This document shows positions 49,025 through 61,653 of a stretch of DNA of 64,000 nucleotides, piece by piece (the first letter of the stretch is position 1; every line of letters starts with the position of its first letter). Where the stretch lies: the NCBI GenBank assembly GCA_040385225.1, contig JAZKHU010000006.1, positions 60,554 to 124,553 on the forward strand, in the 5' to 3' direction. The translations under genes and the position numbers were made by a program. The stretch is from Pseudomonadota bacterium. Lineage in GTDB: Bacteria > Pseudomonadota > Gammaproteobacteria > Pseudomonadales > Moraxellaceae. A model generated the notes under the pieces. The model had not been told where the DNA came from and made no database searches. It saw nothing but the letters and a program-made list of their open reading frames with translations.

Positions 49025-49279
49025 TTATTCGGTCGGCGGGTTTTCCTGAAAATAGCTGTCGCGATGCGCCTCGCAGCAAAACACCTTGCCGCGTGACTGC
49101 GTGCTTTCGCCCACGGGTATATGCACGCTGCAGTAGGCACAGGCCAGCATCGGTTGTGGTGCTGATGGGTTGTTGCCGTCCGCCGGCGGCAAGGCTTTTT
49201 TATCGAGTAACTGGCGGATGAGGCGGTAGCCGAACCAGGCCAGCGCCGCGAATATCAAAAAACGAATCAAGATCGCCAT
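49025..49279 (-). CDS. Small membrane-anchored protein with a C-terminal CxxC...CCxxH metal-binding-like motif
   Basis: AAGGA RBS before ATG 49279. TM helix MAILIRFLIFAALAWFGYRLI, then ...CAYCSVHIPVGESTQSRGKVFCCEAHRDSY (TRASH/zinc-ribbon-like spacing). Confidence 0.55.
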   Translation of the reverse strand: MAILIRFLIFAALAWFGYRLIRQLLDKKALPPADGNNPSAPQPMLACAYCSVHIPVGESTQSRGKVFCCEAHRDSYFQENPPTE

Positions 49280-49350
49280 CAGTGTTTCCTTCAGCTTGAG
49301 CCAGACCTCGACTATCCTAGGCAACTTCGACACGACTGCAAACTAAAAAC

Positions 49351-50976
49351 ATGCCCTTACGCATTGCTCTTGCCCAGCTCAACCTCCTGGTCGGCGACAT
49401 TCCAGGTAATACGGCACAGCTCATCCGCTCCGCCGAACTGGCTCGTGACCACTATCGCGCCGATGTCATTGTCTTCCCGGAACTGAGCCTGACCGGCTAT
49501 CCGCCCGAGGATCTGCTGCTGCGCCCGAGTCTGGCGTTGCGTGTTGAGCAGGCCTTGGCGCAACTGAGTGCCGTGCGCGGTATCACACTGGTGTTCGGTT
49601 TGCCGGAAACGCATGCGGATGGCCTGCGCAATGCCGCCTGGGCGTTGCGTGATGGCGTCGTGCTGGCGTGCTATGCCAAGCAGCAACTGCCTAATAATCA
49701 GGTGTTCGATGAGCGCCGCTATTTTGTCCCCGGTCACGATCCCGTGGTGTTCGAGCAGAACGGCCTGCGTCTGGCGTTGACCATCTGCGAAGACATCTGG
49801 CATGCGGCGCCGGCTCAGGCCGCCAAGGCAGCCGGTGCCGAGCTGATCCTGAACCTGAATGCCTCGCCGTTTCACGCCGGGAAGGCCAGCGAGCGCCGGG
49901 CCGTGGTGGCCGAACGCTGCCGCGAAACCGCGCTGCCGGTGGTCTATTGCAACCTCGTCGGCGGGCAGGATGAGCTGATCTTTGATGGCGGCTCGTTCGT
50001 GCTCCACGCCGATGGCTCGCCGGCCCTGCAAGCGCCATGGTTCGAAGCCGGCCTGTACTGCGTCGATTTTGATGTCGCCACGCATCGGTTCCTGCCAGCG
50101 CAGCAAGAGCCGATGCCGTCGCTGGAAGCGTCGGTCTATCAGGCGCTGGTGCTGGCGGTGCGCGACTACACCAACAAGTGCGGCTTCAAGGGCATCGTGC
50201 TCGGACTGTCGGGTGGCATCGACTCGGCACTGACGCTGGCGGTGGCGGTGGATGCGCTCGGTGCCGAACGCGTGCGCGCGGTCATGATGCCCTATCGCTA
50301 CACGGCCCAGATTAGTCTGGACGATGCCGAGGAAGAGGCGAAGACGCTGGGCGTGCATTACTCCGTGCTCAGCATCGCGCCTATGGTCGAGGCGTTCAGC
50401 GCGACGCTGGTAGACACTTTTGCCGGCATGGCCGCCGACAAGACTGAAGAGAATCTGCAGGCGCGTTCGCGCGGCGTGTTGCTCATGGCCATCTCCAACA
50501 AGCTAGGCTATCTGGTGCTGACCACCGGCAACAAATCCGAAATGTCGGTGGGCTATGCCACGCTCTATGGCGACATGGCGGGTGGCTTTGATGTGCTCAA
50601 GGATGTGCCGAAGACGCTGGTGTTCAGGCTCTGCGAATGGCGCAACGCGCAGTCGCCGGATCATCCGCCGATTCCGCAGCGTGTGATTGACCGGCCGCCG
50701 TCAGCGGAGCTGGCCCCGGACCAGAAAGACGAAGATTCGCTGCCGCCGTATCCGGTGCTGGACGAGATCCTGCGCCGCTATGTCGAGTGCGATGAGAGTG
50801 CCGAAGCCATCATCGCCGCCGGCTTCGAGCGCGAGACGGTGCTGCGCGTGCTCAGGCTGGTGGATATCAACGAATATAAGCGCCGCCAGGCCGCTACCGG
50901 CCCGCGTATTACCCAGCGTGGCTTCGGCAAGGATCGCCGTTATCCGATCGTCAATGGCTGGAAGATCGGCGTCTAA
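49351..50976 (+). CDS. nadE: Glutamine-dependent NAD+ synthetase
   Basis: 541 aa. N-terminal nitrilase-like domain (RIALAQLNLLVGD...FPELSLTGYPPEDL) and C-terminal synthetase with GLSGGIDS. Confidence 0.93.
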   Translation: MPLRIALAQLNLLVGDIPGNTAQLIRSAELARDHYRADVIVFPELSLTGYPPEDLLLRPSLALRVEQALAQLSAVRGITLVFGLPETHADGLRNAAWALRDGVVLACYAKQQLPNNQVFDERRYFVPGHDPVVFEQNGLRLALTICEDIWHAAPAQAAKAAGAELILNLNASPFHAGKASERRAVVAERCRETALPVVYCNLVGGQDELIFDGGSFVLHADGSPALQAPWFEAGLYCVDFDVATHRFLPAQQEPMPSLEASVYQALVLAVRDYTNKCGFKGIVLGLSGGIDSALTLAVAVDALGAERVRAVMMPYRYTAQISLDDAEEEAKTLGVHYSVLSIAPMVEAFSATLVDTFAGMAADKTEENLQARSRGVLLMAISNKLGYLVLTTGNKSEMSVGYATLYGDMAGGFDVLKDVPKTLVFRLCEWRNAQSPDHPPIPQRVIDRPPSAELAPDQKDEDSLPPYPVLDEILRRYVECDESAEAIIAAGFERETVLRVLRLVDINEYKRRQAATGPRITQRGFGKDRRYPIVNGWKIGV

Positions 50977-51067
50977 AAATGGCTCGTAGAAAGTACAGGC
51001 GCGGCCTCGCGAAACGTCGCACCGTGGTCTAGCTTTACAGAACAGCGTGTCTCAGGGAGGAGACCGG

Positions 51068-53728
51068 ATGTCTGTTCGCGCTTGCCAATATATGGTCTTG
51101 TGGCTGTTCTGCCTGTGCGCGCAGGCGGAGCCTCTGCTGCCGCTTTCGCGCTATGCGCAGCCGCCGATGTTGTCGCCCCGACTCTGGCTGGCGCTGGATA
51201 CGCAAGCTGATCCCTTCACTGCTGATACGCAGACATTAGGTGCCTTGATTGATGCCTTGGCGCGTGAGGTCACCAGCCCGTGGTCTTCGCAGCGCCTGTT
51301 GCCGGCAGGCGGTGTCGCACTCGGAGTGCTGGCTGTTACGCAGTCGGGGGCTGCCGCCGAAGTTCTGCATCCCGCCCAGCCGTTGGACGCAGTCGCAACC
51401 TGGCCAGGGCAAGACTTCTCGCGGCAGCTCAGCCTGATCCGCAACACCCAAGCACAGGCCGGCGATGACCAGCTCTGGCCCTTGAGTCAGCAGCAGGCAT
51501 TGACCTTGCGCTGGCCCATGCCCGATGCGCCTGTGAGTGTTTACGAGCTCTCTCTGGATCTGCCAGTCGCACTGTTGCCGGCGGCTTGGCCCGTTCTCAT
51601 GCTGAAATTTGGCGATGGCTTTACGTCTGAATTGTCCCCGCCGCAAATACTTGCCGACGCATCCGGTACGATGGTCCGCTTGCTTCTGCACAGTGCGGTC
51701 ATGGCCTGGCAACAAGCCGGCCATCCCGGACAACTTCCGCCTTGGCCCTGGCAAATCCTTCTGGAAGCTAAGTCCCCAGATCAACAGGGAGCATGGGCAT
51801 CATGGCAGACATCATTGCCGGCAAAGATCGGGATCAATTGGCACGATGACAGTGCGCAGCGTACCGGTCGCGAGCAATGGCTGCGTCAGTTGCACAGCCT
51901 GCTGGCTGGCGAAGGCGTGCAGCTGCCGGCCAGTGCTGCTGCACTGCAGCAACTGATGCAGAAAATTTCGGATTCTGATACCGCATGTGCCAAACAGGCT
52001 GCATTGCTCGTCACTCCTGCGCGGTCCGGCATGATCAGCAATCTGGCGCAATGGCGTGACCGGCAACTTGCCGCAGCGCCCATCGTGGCGCATCAACAAA
52101 CTCGAATGATGGGCACTGATGTGCTCGGACTGGACCGTGACTGGAGCCAGCCTGTCGCCGGGCGCAGAGCCTGGCCGGGTGGCGCCGGATCCCATCTCTG
52201 CCGCACGATATCGGCCTGCGAACTGGCACCTGCGCCCATCATGAGCAGTTCGCCGATACCATTGTCATCATGGCTGACAGATAGCGCCAGTGGCCAGCCA
52301 CTGCAGCCGCTCAGCGAGCATTGGGCTGTGTTCGCACAGCTCCATCCGTACTGGCAGGATCAGGTCTCGCCACCACAGACGATGTTCTTGCACGGCCTCA
52401 GCCAGTATCGTGATGCCGGGCCCAGCTCAGCCACCGTGACGGGCCGTCAGGGCTATCTGCTCCGGATGAGCAGTGATGGCAGCGTACAGCTGCAGGATGG
52501 TAATGACGGCCGCTGGCTCTGGGCCTGGCGGCCTGCGCAAAGCGCATCGCTGTGGGCTGATCTGGCTCAGGATACTGCGCTCGATATCAACGCTGCCGAC
52601 CATCAATATGCAGTTAGCGAAAATGACTGGACACACTGGCCTGACAGCATTTCTGCCAATCCTGCAACGGGCCTCGATGCCAATGGCCAGCGCTGGCTGT
52701 ACGGTCTCGTAGACAGGCAGCTGGTGGCACTTGATCTGACTCAGCCGGAGCATCCCCGCAGTGGCTTCCTGCCTATTGGCAGTAGTCCTCACCCTGCACA
52801 AGCCAGGGCCTGGGGCAGCCTTTCTCTGTTGCCATTGACTCTGAGCTCCGGCCAGCGCCAGCCGCTCTTGCTGCTCAGCGCCACCGACCCGGCAGCGATT
52901 ACAAAGCTGCTTATTCTCGATGGCCGTTCCGGTGGCGTTTTATGGCAGGCGGGCAGTGCGCCGGGCTCGCCATCTGCCGATCCCGCGTTGACACGAGGCT
53001 GGCAGGCTGCCTGGCGCACCTTGGTTGCCGCAGATGGTGCGCTGCTGGCCTATGGCATTGATGAACTCGGCGGCGTCTGGCGCTTGCGCATTGCTGCCAA
53101 GCCCGCACAAGCCAGCGATATTCAAGTCAGCCTGAGTCGCGTAGCGGATTTTTCCGCGGCAGAAACGCTGTACCAGGATCCGCCATCCCTGGCCTGGTTG
53201 CGCGATGATCAGAGCAGGCGCTATCCGGCCATCGTATTGGCAGGCAGGGCCACGGTGGCGTCAGATGCTGTCAGGGCAGCATCAGTCATGGTATTCCTCG
53301 ACAGCAAGGCGACACTCATCACGGCCAGCGACTTGCCTTTGTGGAGCATGGGTACACAGCCCCCTGTGCATGCCACAGGCTGGCGGCGAACGCTGGCGAC
53401 GACGGAGCAGATTGCCCAGCCGCCGCGCTGGCTGAATCAGCAAGTGGTTATGGCGAGCGAAACCCCGATGCCGACAACACCATCGTGCCCGGCATGGGCT
53501 TGGCAAGCGAGGCTTTACCGCTGGCCCTGGCGTGCCGGCAGCATACAAGCGGCTGCTGAAGCCAGCCTGCCGGTGAGTGCAAACGCAGTGGGCGATCCGC
53601 TGGTGAGCGCGGAGGGGGAGCTGCGCTGGTCAGGTGTTAGCGCCACCGACAGCCAGACCACAAAAGTGGTGGTGCCGGTGGGCTATCGCCAGCGAGTGCG
53701 TCAGCGTCAGTTGCGCGCGGATGATTGA
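51068..53728 (+). CDS. Large secreted protein, possibly a divergent PilY1-like / PQQ-like beta-propeller adhesin
   Basis: GGAGG RBS and signal peptide MSVRACQYMVLWLFCLCAQA/EP. The C-terminal half has propeller-like segments (DANGQRWLYGLVDRQLVALDL, LLILDGRSGGVLWQAG, YGIDELGGVWRLRI). The family call rests on pattern only. Confidence 0.4.
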   Translation: MSVRACQYMVLWLFCLCAQAEPLLPLSRYAQPPMLSPRLWLALDTQADPFTADTQTLGALIDALAREVTSPWSSQRLLPAGGVALGVLAVTQSGAAAEVLHPAQPLDAVATWPGQDFSRQLSLIRNTQAQAGDDQLWPLSQQQALTLRWPMPDAPVSVYELSLDLPVALLPAAWPVLMLKFGDGFTSELSPPQILADASGTMVRLLLHSAVMAWQQAGHPGQLPPWPWQILLEAKSPDQQGAWASWQTSLPAKIGINWHDDSAQRTGREQWLRQLHSLLAGEGVQLPASAAALQQLMQKISDSDTACAKQAALLVTPARSGMISNLAQWRDRQLAAAPIVAHQQTRMMGTDVLGLDRDWSQPVAGRRAWPGGAGSHLCRTISACELAPAPIMSSSPIPLSSWLTDSASGQPLQPLSEHWAVFAQLHPYWQDQVSPPQTMFLHGLSQYRDAGPSSATVTGRQGYLLRMSSDGSVQLQDGNDGRWLWAWRPAQSASLWADLAQDTALDINAADHQYAVSENDWTHWPDSISANPATGLDANGQRWLYGLVDRQLVALDLTQPEHPRSGFLPIGSSPHPAQARAWGSLSLLPLTLSSGQRQPLLLLSATDPAAITKLLILDGRSGGVLWQAGSAPGSPSADPALTRGWQAAWRTLVAADGALLAYGIDELGGVWRLRIAAKPAQASDIQVSLSRVADFSAAETLYQDPPSLAWLRDDQSRRYPAIVLAGRATVASDAVRAASVMVFLDSKATLITASDLPLWSMGTQPPVHATGWRRTLATTEQIAQPPRWLNQQVVMASETPMPTTPSCPAWAWQARLYRWPWRAGSIQAAAEASLPVSANAVGDPLVSAEGELRWSGVSATDSQTTKVVVPVGYRQRVRQRQLRADD

Positions 53729-54456
53729 GCGGGGGTGTTGGCGGCCAGCAGCTCGCGTGTCTGCTTGGCGAGATCCGTCATGCCCAGCGTCTGGTAGTTG
53801 TCGGCGAGCATTTTCAGCGCCTCCGGTACGGCGCTGCTTTCCGGGTAGTTCTCCACGACCCAGCGCGCACGATTGATCACGGCCACCAGCGCGCCACGAG
53901 TCTGATAGTAGCGTGCCACATGCAGCTCCGATTCGGCGAGCTGGTTGCGCAGATAGATCATGCGCTGGCGGGCATCAGCCACATAGGGGCTGTCCGGGTA
54001 GCGGTTGAGCAGCTGACGGAAGTCGTCAAAGGCGATTTTGGCCTGGCCCAGATCACGGTGCGCCATGTCGATCGGCAGGCGCTTGAGCAGGCCGTCCTGG
54101 TCGGCGTTGTAGTTGGCGATGCCGCGCAGATACAGCACATAGTCCAGGCGCGCCGATTCCGGATGCAGACGCAGGTAGCGGTCGGCAGCCACAATGGCTG
54201 CGCTGTAGTCGGCCTGCATGAGCTTGCCGTAGATGACCTCCAGCTGAGCCTGCTCCGTGTAGTTGCCGACCGGATACTGCGACTCCAGCGCTTCGTAGGC
54301 CGTGACCGCACCGGTGTAATTGCCGGCCTTCAGCGAGGTATTGGCCTCCTGATAATACTGGGCCTCCGACTTCACCGTGACTTTCGGAGTGACGGCGCAG
54401 GCAGTCAATGCCAGCGGCAGGGCGAGCAACAGCGGGCGAGCGATCAGCATTTTCAT
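53707..54456 (-). CDS. bamD: Outer membrane protein assembly factor BamD (ComL)
   Basis: Lipoprotein signal ...LALPLALTAC, TPR-like body (YYQEANTSLKAGNYTGAVTAYEALESQYP...). Divergent from rluD as usual. Start trimmed to ATG 54456. Confidence 0.9.
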   Translation of the reverse strand: MKMLIARPLLLALPLALTACAVTPKVTVKSEAQYYQEANTSLKAGNYTGAVTAYEALESQYPVGNYTEQAQLEVIYGKLMQADYSAAIVAADRYLRLHPESARLDYVLYLRGIANYNADQDGLLKRLPIDMAHRDLGQAKIAFDDFRQLLNRYPDSPYVADARQRMIYLRNQLAESELHVARYYQTRGALVAVINRARWVVENYPESSAVPEALKMLADNYQTLGMTDLAKQTRELLAANTPAQSSARN

Positions 54457-54540
54457 GGATTCTTCCAACAATGAGCACCGAGCGTGGTGCGCGAGTACAA
54501 TGCCGCCTATTAAACACCAGCTCGACGAGCCCGCCAAACC

Positions 54541-55500
54541 ATGTCTGAAGCGATTTCCCTGCAAGCCACCGTCACTCCCGAATTAGCGGGGAGCAGACTT
54601 GATCAGGCTGCGGCCCAATTATTTCCCGCCTATTCGCGTGAACGCCTGAAGCAATGGATCCAGGAAGGCACCCTGACGCTGGATGGCGAGCAAGCCAAGC
54701 CGAAAGAAAAGGTCATGGGCGGCGAGTCGTTGGTGGTCGCTGTCATCATCGAAGACGAGACTGTGGCGCTGGCCGAAGACATCCCGCTCGACATCGTTCA
54801 TGAAGACGACCAGCTGCTGGTGCTGAACAAACCCGCCGGGCTGGTCGTGCATCCGGGGGCGGGCAATTCGCAGGGTACGCTGATGAACGCCTTGCTGCAT
54901 CACGAGCCGTCTTTGTCGCAGCTGCCGCGCGCCGGCATCGTGCATCGGCTGGATCGCGATACCACCGGCCTGATGGTGGTGGCGAAAACTTTGACCGCGC
55001 ACACCAGCCTGGTCGCGCAGCTGTCCGACAAGCGCGTTTATCGCGAATACGAGGCCGTGAGCTACGGCAACATGACCGCCGGTGGCACCGTGGAAGCGCC
55101 GATTGATCGCCATCCACATGATCGTGTGAAGATGGCCGTGGTCGCCGGCGGCCGTCCGGCGGTCACGCATTACCGCATCCTGCAGCGCTTCCCCAATCAC
55201 ACCCATGTGCGCGTGCAGCTCGAAACCGGCCGCACTCACCAGATTCGCGTGCATTTGGCGCACATCGGTTTTCCGCTGGTCGGCGACCCTGTCTATGCCC
55301 GTCTGCGTTTTCCCAAAGGCGCATCGTTCGAGCTTAACGAAAAGCTCAAGACCTTCACGCGACAGGCTCTGCATGCCCGCCGCCTGGGTCTGGTGCATCC
55401 GGGCACCGGCGAAAGCTGCCTGTGGGAATGCGAGCTGCCGGCGGATTTTGTGTCCCTGCTCGACGCCATCAAGGCCGACGCACAACCCGCTGCGACTTGA
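54541..55500 (+). CDS. rluD: 23S rRNA pseudouridine synthase D
   Basis: S4 domain N-terminus (GSRLDQAAAQLFP...) and catalytic HRLDRDTTGLMVVAK. Confidence 0.93.
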   Translation: MSEAISLQATVTPELAGSRLDQAAAQLFPAYSRERLKQWIQEGTLTLDGEQAKPKEKVMGGESLVVAVIIEDETVALAEDIPLDIVHEDDQLLVLNKPAGLVVHPGAGNSQGTLMNALLHHEPSLSQLPRAGIVHRLDRDTTGLMVVAKTLTAHTSLVAQLSDKRVYREYEAVSYGNMTAGGTVEAPIDRHPHDRVKMAVVAGGRPAVTHYRILQRFPNHTHVRVQLETGRTHQIRVHLAHIGFPLVGDPVYARLRFPKGASFELNEKLKTFTRQALHARRLGLVHPGTGESCLWECELPADFVSLLDAIKADAQPAAT

Positions 55501-55516
55501 TCTCGGAGGCAAAGCC

Positions 55517-56332
55517 ATGTCTGCAGAAGGTCTGCTCAGCCACTGCCTGCGCCCCGACTGGCCGGCACCGGCACATGTGCATGCGCTGGTCACCACGCGG
55601 GCCGGCGGCATCAGTGCTGAACCGTTCAATTCGCTCAACCTCGGCGATCATGTGGGCGATGATCCCGCGCATGTGGCCGGCAACCGCAGCGCGCTGGCCG
55701 ATGCCTTGAGTCTGGTCGCCCCCGCGCAGTCACCGCAATGGCTGAAACAGGTTCATGGCGTCCGCGTCATCACCCCGCCAACAGACCCCGCTGAGCGCGC
55801 CGAGTGGATTCCCGAAGCTGATGCCGCCACGACCACGCACTCCGGCGTGCCCATCACCGTCATGACGGCCGATTGCCTGCCGGTTTTCTTCACGGATCGA
55901 CAAGGTTCGCGCGTCGCGGTCGCACATGCCGGCTGGCGCGGTTTGTGCGATGGCATTCTGGAAGCCACGGTGGCAGAGTTTGCCGCGCCTGTCGCTGCCC
56001 CTGCTGAGGTCATGGCCTGGCTCGGCCCTGCCATCGGTCCGGCCTCTTTTGAAGTGGGCGATGAAGTCAGAGCCGCTTTCATGAGCATTGATGCGCAGGC
56101 TGAGCTGGCCTTTGTACCGGTGCCCAACAAGCCCGGCCACTGGCTCGGCGACCTTTACCTGTTGGCCCGGCAACGACTGGCCCGCGTCGGCGTGACCCAG
56201 GTCAGCGGCGGCACACACTGCACGATGACGGAATCCGCGTCGTTTTATTCGTATCGTCGCGATGGCCGCACCGGACGCATGGCCAGCGTGATCTGGATGT
56301 CCCCAATGACATCCCCAGCGAGGCCCGCATGA
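55517..56332 (+). CDS. pgeF: YfiH/PgeF-family protein (peptidoglycan editing factor / laccase-domain protein)
   Basis: ...TTRAGGISAEPFNSLNLGDHVGDDP...ADCLPVFF...HAGWRG... are DUF152 signatures. GGAGG RBS before ATG 55517. Confidence 0.88.
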   Translation: MSAEGLLSHCLRPDWPAPAHVHALVTTRAGGISAEPFNSLNLGDHVGDDPAHVAGNRSALADALSLVAPAQSPQWLKQVHGVRVITPPTDPAERAEWIPEADAATTTHSGVPITVMTADCLPVFFTDRQGSRVAVAHAGWRGLCDGILEATVAEFAAPVAAPAEVMAWLGPAIGPASFEVGDEVRAAFMSIDAQAELAFVPVPNKPGHWLGDLYLLARQRLARVGVTQVSGGTHCTMTESASFYSYRRDGRTGRMASVIWMSPMTSPARPA

Positions 56333-56892
56333 CGCAAATCGTAGTGCTCTATCACAGTGGCTACGGCCACACCGAGCAAGTGGCGCAGCACATCGTCAAA
56401 GGTGCGGCCAGTGTGGAGGGCATCGAGCCGCGGCTGATGTCGGTCGCGGATCTGGACTGGGCCATCCTGGCGCAGGCCGACACCCTGATTTTCGGCGCGC
56501 CGACCTATATGGGCAGCGTTTCTGCCGCCTTCAAGCAATTCATGGATGACTCCTCGAAGATATGGTTCCAGCTCGGCTGGCAAGACAAGCTCGCCGCCGG
56601 CTTCACCAACTCCGGCGCGCTCAGCGGCGACAAGCAGGTGGCCCTGCAACAGCTGCAGACCTTTGCCGCCCAACACGGCATGCACTGGCTGAGCTTCCCC
56701 TTGCAGCCTACCGGCACCGGCCCACAAGACCTGAACCGCCTTGGTGCCAACAGCGGCCTGATGACGCAGTCCGACAACGAATCGGCTGATATCACACCAC
56801 CGTCCGGCGACCGTCTCACCGCTGAGCACTTTGGCCGTCACATCGCCACCTGTACCCTGCGATGGGTTCGCGGTGCGCTCGTGTCTGAGTAA
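56329..56892 (+). CDS. Flavodoxin-fold NAD(P)H:quinone oxidoreductase (WrbA-like)
   Basis: MTQIVVLYHSGYGHTEQVA...LIFGAPTYMGSVSAAFKQFMD... ATGA overlap with pgeF. Confidence 0.75.
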   Translation: MTQIVVLYHSGYGHTEQVAQHIVKGAASVEGIEPRLMSVADLDWAILAQADTLIFGAPTYMGSVSAAFKQFMDDSSKIWFQLGWQDKLAAGFTNSGALSGDKQVALQQLQTFAAQHGMHWLSFPLQPTGTGPQDLNRLGANSGLMTQSDNESADITPPSGDRLTAEHFGRHIATCTLRWVRGALVSE

Positions 56893-56917
56893 TACGCTCC
56901 CACTTGATGGCTGCTGA

Positions 56918-56945
56918 CTTGATTTCTCGCTGAACTGCCCAATCT
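56918..56945 (+). promoter_or_regulatory. Candidate sigma32 heat-shock promoter of clpB
   Basis: CTTGAT (56918-56923) - 14 nt - CCCAATCT (56938-56945), compared with consensus CTTGAA-N13-15-CCCCATnT. Lies about 60 nt upstream of the clpB ATG. Confidence 0.45.
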
Positions 56946-57005
56946 CTTGAATATGAATCAAAGGCTCGGCTCCGGGTCTGAGCCCAACATGTTCAGGAGG
57001 TTGTC

Positions 57006-59591
<2,586 letters not shown>

Positions 59592-59621
59592 GCGACTTTC
59601 GTGGCGGGTAGCTTAAAAGGC

Positions 59622-59650
59622 TTGACAGCCGGCGCGTCTGCATAAAAAAT
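59622..59650 (+). promoter_or_regulatory. Candidate sigma70 promoter in the clpB-ilvI spacer
   Basis: Perfect -35 TTGACA (59622-59627), then an A/T-rich -10 candidate AAAAAT at 17-nt spacing (59645-59650). Confidence 0.3.
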
Positions 59651-59926
59651 CGCCGGCTTCATGGTGGTGCCGTTACGCTGAACACCCTCGGCACAACGGC
59701 GCCAGGCCGGTTTCCGGCCTGTCACGGCAGCGCTTACAGGCGCTGCCTCCCGCCTGCTCAACGGTTCCTGCGCGCACCCGCCGCCAGATGCCGCCGTCCC
59801 GACCACGGGACAGATGAGCCACAGCATCAGCCCCCATGAGACTTTTTGATCGTGCTAGAATTCCGCGCCTTGAGCGTGGGGTTTGGTCGCGGCCATTCTC
59901 ACTTAACGGCTTGAAAAGGGTGAATC

Positions 59927-61651
59927 TTGGAACAGTTATCTGGCGGTGAAATGCTCATTCGCGCGCTCGCGGATGAAGGCGTTGAATTCTTATTTGGTTA
60001 TCCCGGCGGCGCCGTGCTGCATATTTACGACGCCATCTTTCAGCAAGACAAGGTCAAGCACATCCTCGTTCGTCACGAGCAGGCCGCCGGCCATGCTGCC
60101 GACGGCTACGCGCGTGCCACCGGCAAGGTCGGCTGCGTACTCGTGACCTCTGGCCCCGGTGCCACCAACACGGTGACCCCGATCGCTACGGCCTACATGG
60201 ACAATATCCCTATGGTCGTCATCTCCGGTCAGGTGCCGTCGCACCTCGTCGGTGAAGATGCCTTCCAGGAAACCGACATGATCGGCGTCAGCCGCCCGAT
60301 CGTGAAACACAGCTTCCAGATTCGCCACGCCTCGGAAATCCCAGGCGTGGTGAAAAAGGCGTTCTACATCGCCTCGTCCGGTCGTCCGGGTCCTGTCGTC
60401 ATCGACATCCCCAAGGATTGCACCAACCCGAACGAGAAGTTCGACTACGACTACCCGACCAAGGTCAAGCTGCGCTCCTACACGCCGCCGGGCCGTGGTC
60501 ATGCCGGTCAGATCAAGAAGGCCGTGGATGAGCTGCTCGCCGCCAAACGTCCGGTGATCTACGCCGGTGGCGGTGTGGTTCAGGGCAACGCCTCGCATCT
60601 GCTCACCGAGATGGTGCGCACGCTGGGCTATCCTTGCACCAACACCCTGATGGGCCTCGGCGCCTATCCCGGCAGCGACCCGCAGTTCATCGGCATGCTC
60701 GGTATGCACGGCACCTACGAAGCCAACATGGCCATGCATCACAGCGATGTCATCTTGGCTGTGGGCGCGCGTTTCGATGACCGTGTTACCAACAACACTG
60801 CCAAGTTCTGCCCGAACGCCAAAATCATTCACATTGACATCGACCCCGCCGCGATCTCCAAGACCGTACGCGTCGATATCCCCATTGTTGGTGCTGTTGA
60901 ACCGGTACTGACCGACATGCTGGCGCAGATCAAGGCCGAAACCGAGATCAAGCCGGATGCCGAAGCGCTGAAAGTCTGGTGGGAACAGATCAATCAGTGG
61001 CGCGCTCGTCACGGCCTGCGTTACGAACCGGCTCAGCCCGGCGAAATGAAGCCGCAGCAAGTCGTGGAGATGCTCTACAAGGTCACCGAAGGCAAGGCCT
61101 ATGTGACCTCCGATGTCGGCCAGCACCAGATGTTCGCGGCCCTGTACTACAAGTACGACCGTCCGCGTCAGTGGATCAACTCAGGTGGCCTCGGCACCAT
61201 GGGCTTCGGCCTGCCGGCAGCCATGGGCGTCAAGTTCGCCTTCCCGGATGCGATCGTGGCCTGCGTCACCGGCGAAGCGTCGATCCAGATGAACATTCAG
61301 GAGCTGTCGACCTGTCTGCAATACGGCTTGCCGGTGAAGATCATCAACATCAACAACCGCTCGCTGGGCATGGTCAAGCAATGGCAAGACATGCAGTACG
61401 AAGGTCGCCACTCGAACTCCTACATGGATTCGCTGCCCGATTTCGTCAAGCTGGTTGAAGCCTATGGCCATGTCGGCATGAAAATCACCGACCCGGCCCA
61501 GCTCGAAAGCAAAATGCGCGAAGCCTTCGCCATGACTGATCGCCTGGTCTTTCTCGACATCTATGTCGATCCTTCCGAGCATGTTTACCCGATGCACATC
61601 GCCAAGGGTTCCATGCGTGACATGTTGCTGAGCAAGACGGAGCGTACCTGA
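59927..61651 (+). CDS. ilvI: Acetolactate synthase III, large subunit
   Basis: 574 aa. (TTG)[28 protein letters not shown]... aligns from residue 1 with E. coli IlvI (MEMLSGAEM...), so the TTG start at 59927 is plausible. ThDP motif [13 protein letters not shown]. Confidence 0.95.
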   Translation: MEQLSGGEMLIRALADEGVEFLFGYPGGAVLHIYDAIFQQDKVKHILVRHEQAAGHAADGYARATGKVGCVLVTSGPGATNTVTPIATAYMDNIPMVVISGQVPSHLVGEDAFQETDMIGVSRPIVKHSFQIRHASEIPGVVKKAFYIASSGRPGPVVIDIPKDCTNPNEKFDYDYPTKVKLRSYTPPGRGHAGQIKKAVDELLAAKRPVIYAGGGVVQGNASHLLTEMVRTLGYPCTNTLMGLGAYPGSDPQFIGMLGMHGTYEANMAMHHSDVILAVGARFDDRVTNNTAKFCPNAKIIHIDIDPAAISKTVRVDIPIVGAVEPVLTDMLAQIKAETEIKPDAEALKVWWEQINQWRARHGLRYEPAQPGEMKPQQVVEMLYKVTEGKAYVTSDVGQHQMFAALYYKYDRPRQWINSGGLGTMGFGLPAAMGVKFAFPDAIVACVTGEASIQMNIQELSTCLQYGLPVKIININNRSLGMVKQWQDMQYEGRHSNSYMDSLPDFVKLVEAYGHVGMKITDPAQLESKMREAFAMTDRLVFLDIYVDPSEHVYPMHIAKGSMRDMLLSKTERT

Positions 61652-61653
61652 TC

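Noticed and set aside
59661-59681. Tiny ORF ATG GTG GTG CCG TTA CGC TGA (MVVPLR) just downstream of the TTGACA promoter candidate, considered as an ilv leader peptide
   Set aside because: It has only three branched-chain codons, no RBS, and no obvious alternative terminator/antiterminator pairing with a U-tract. The evidence is too weak to call attenuation.
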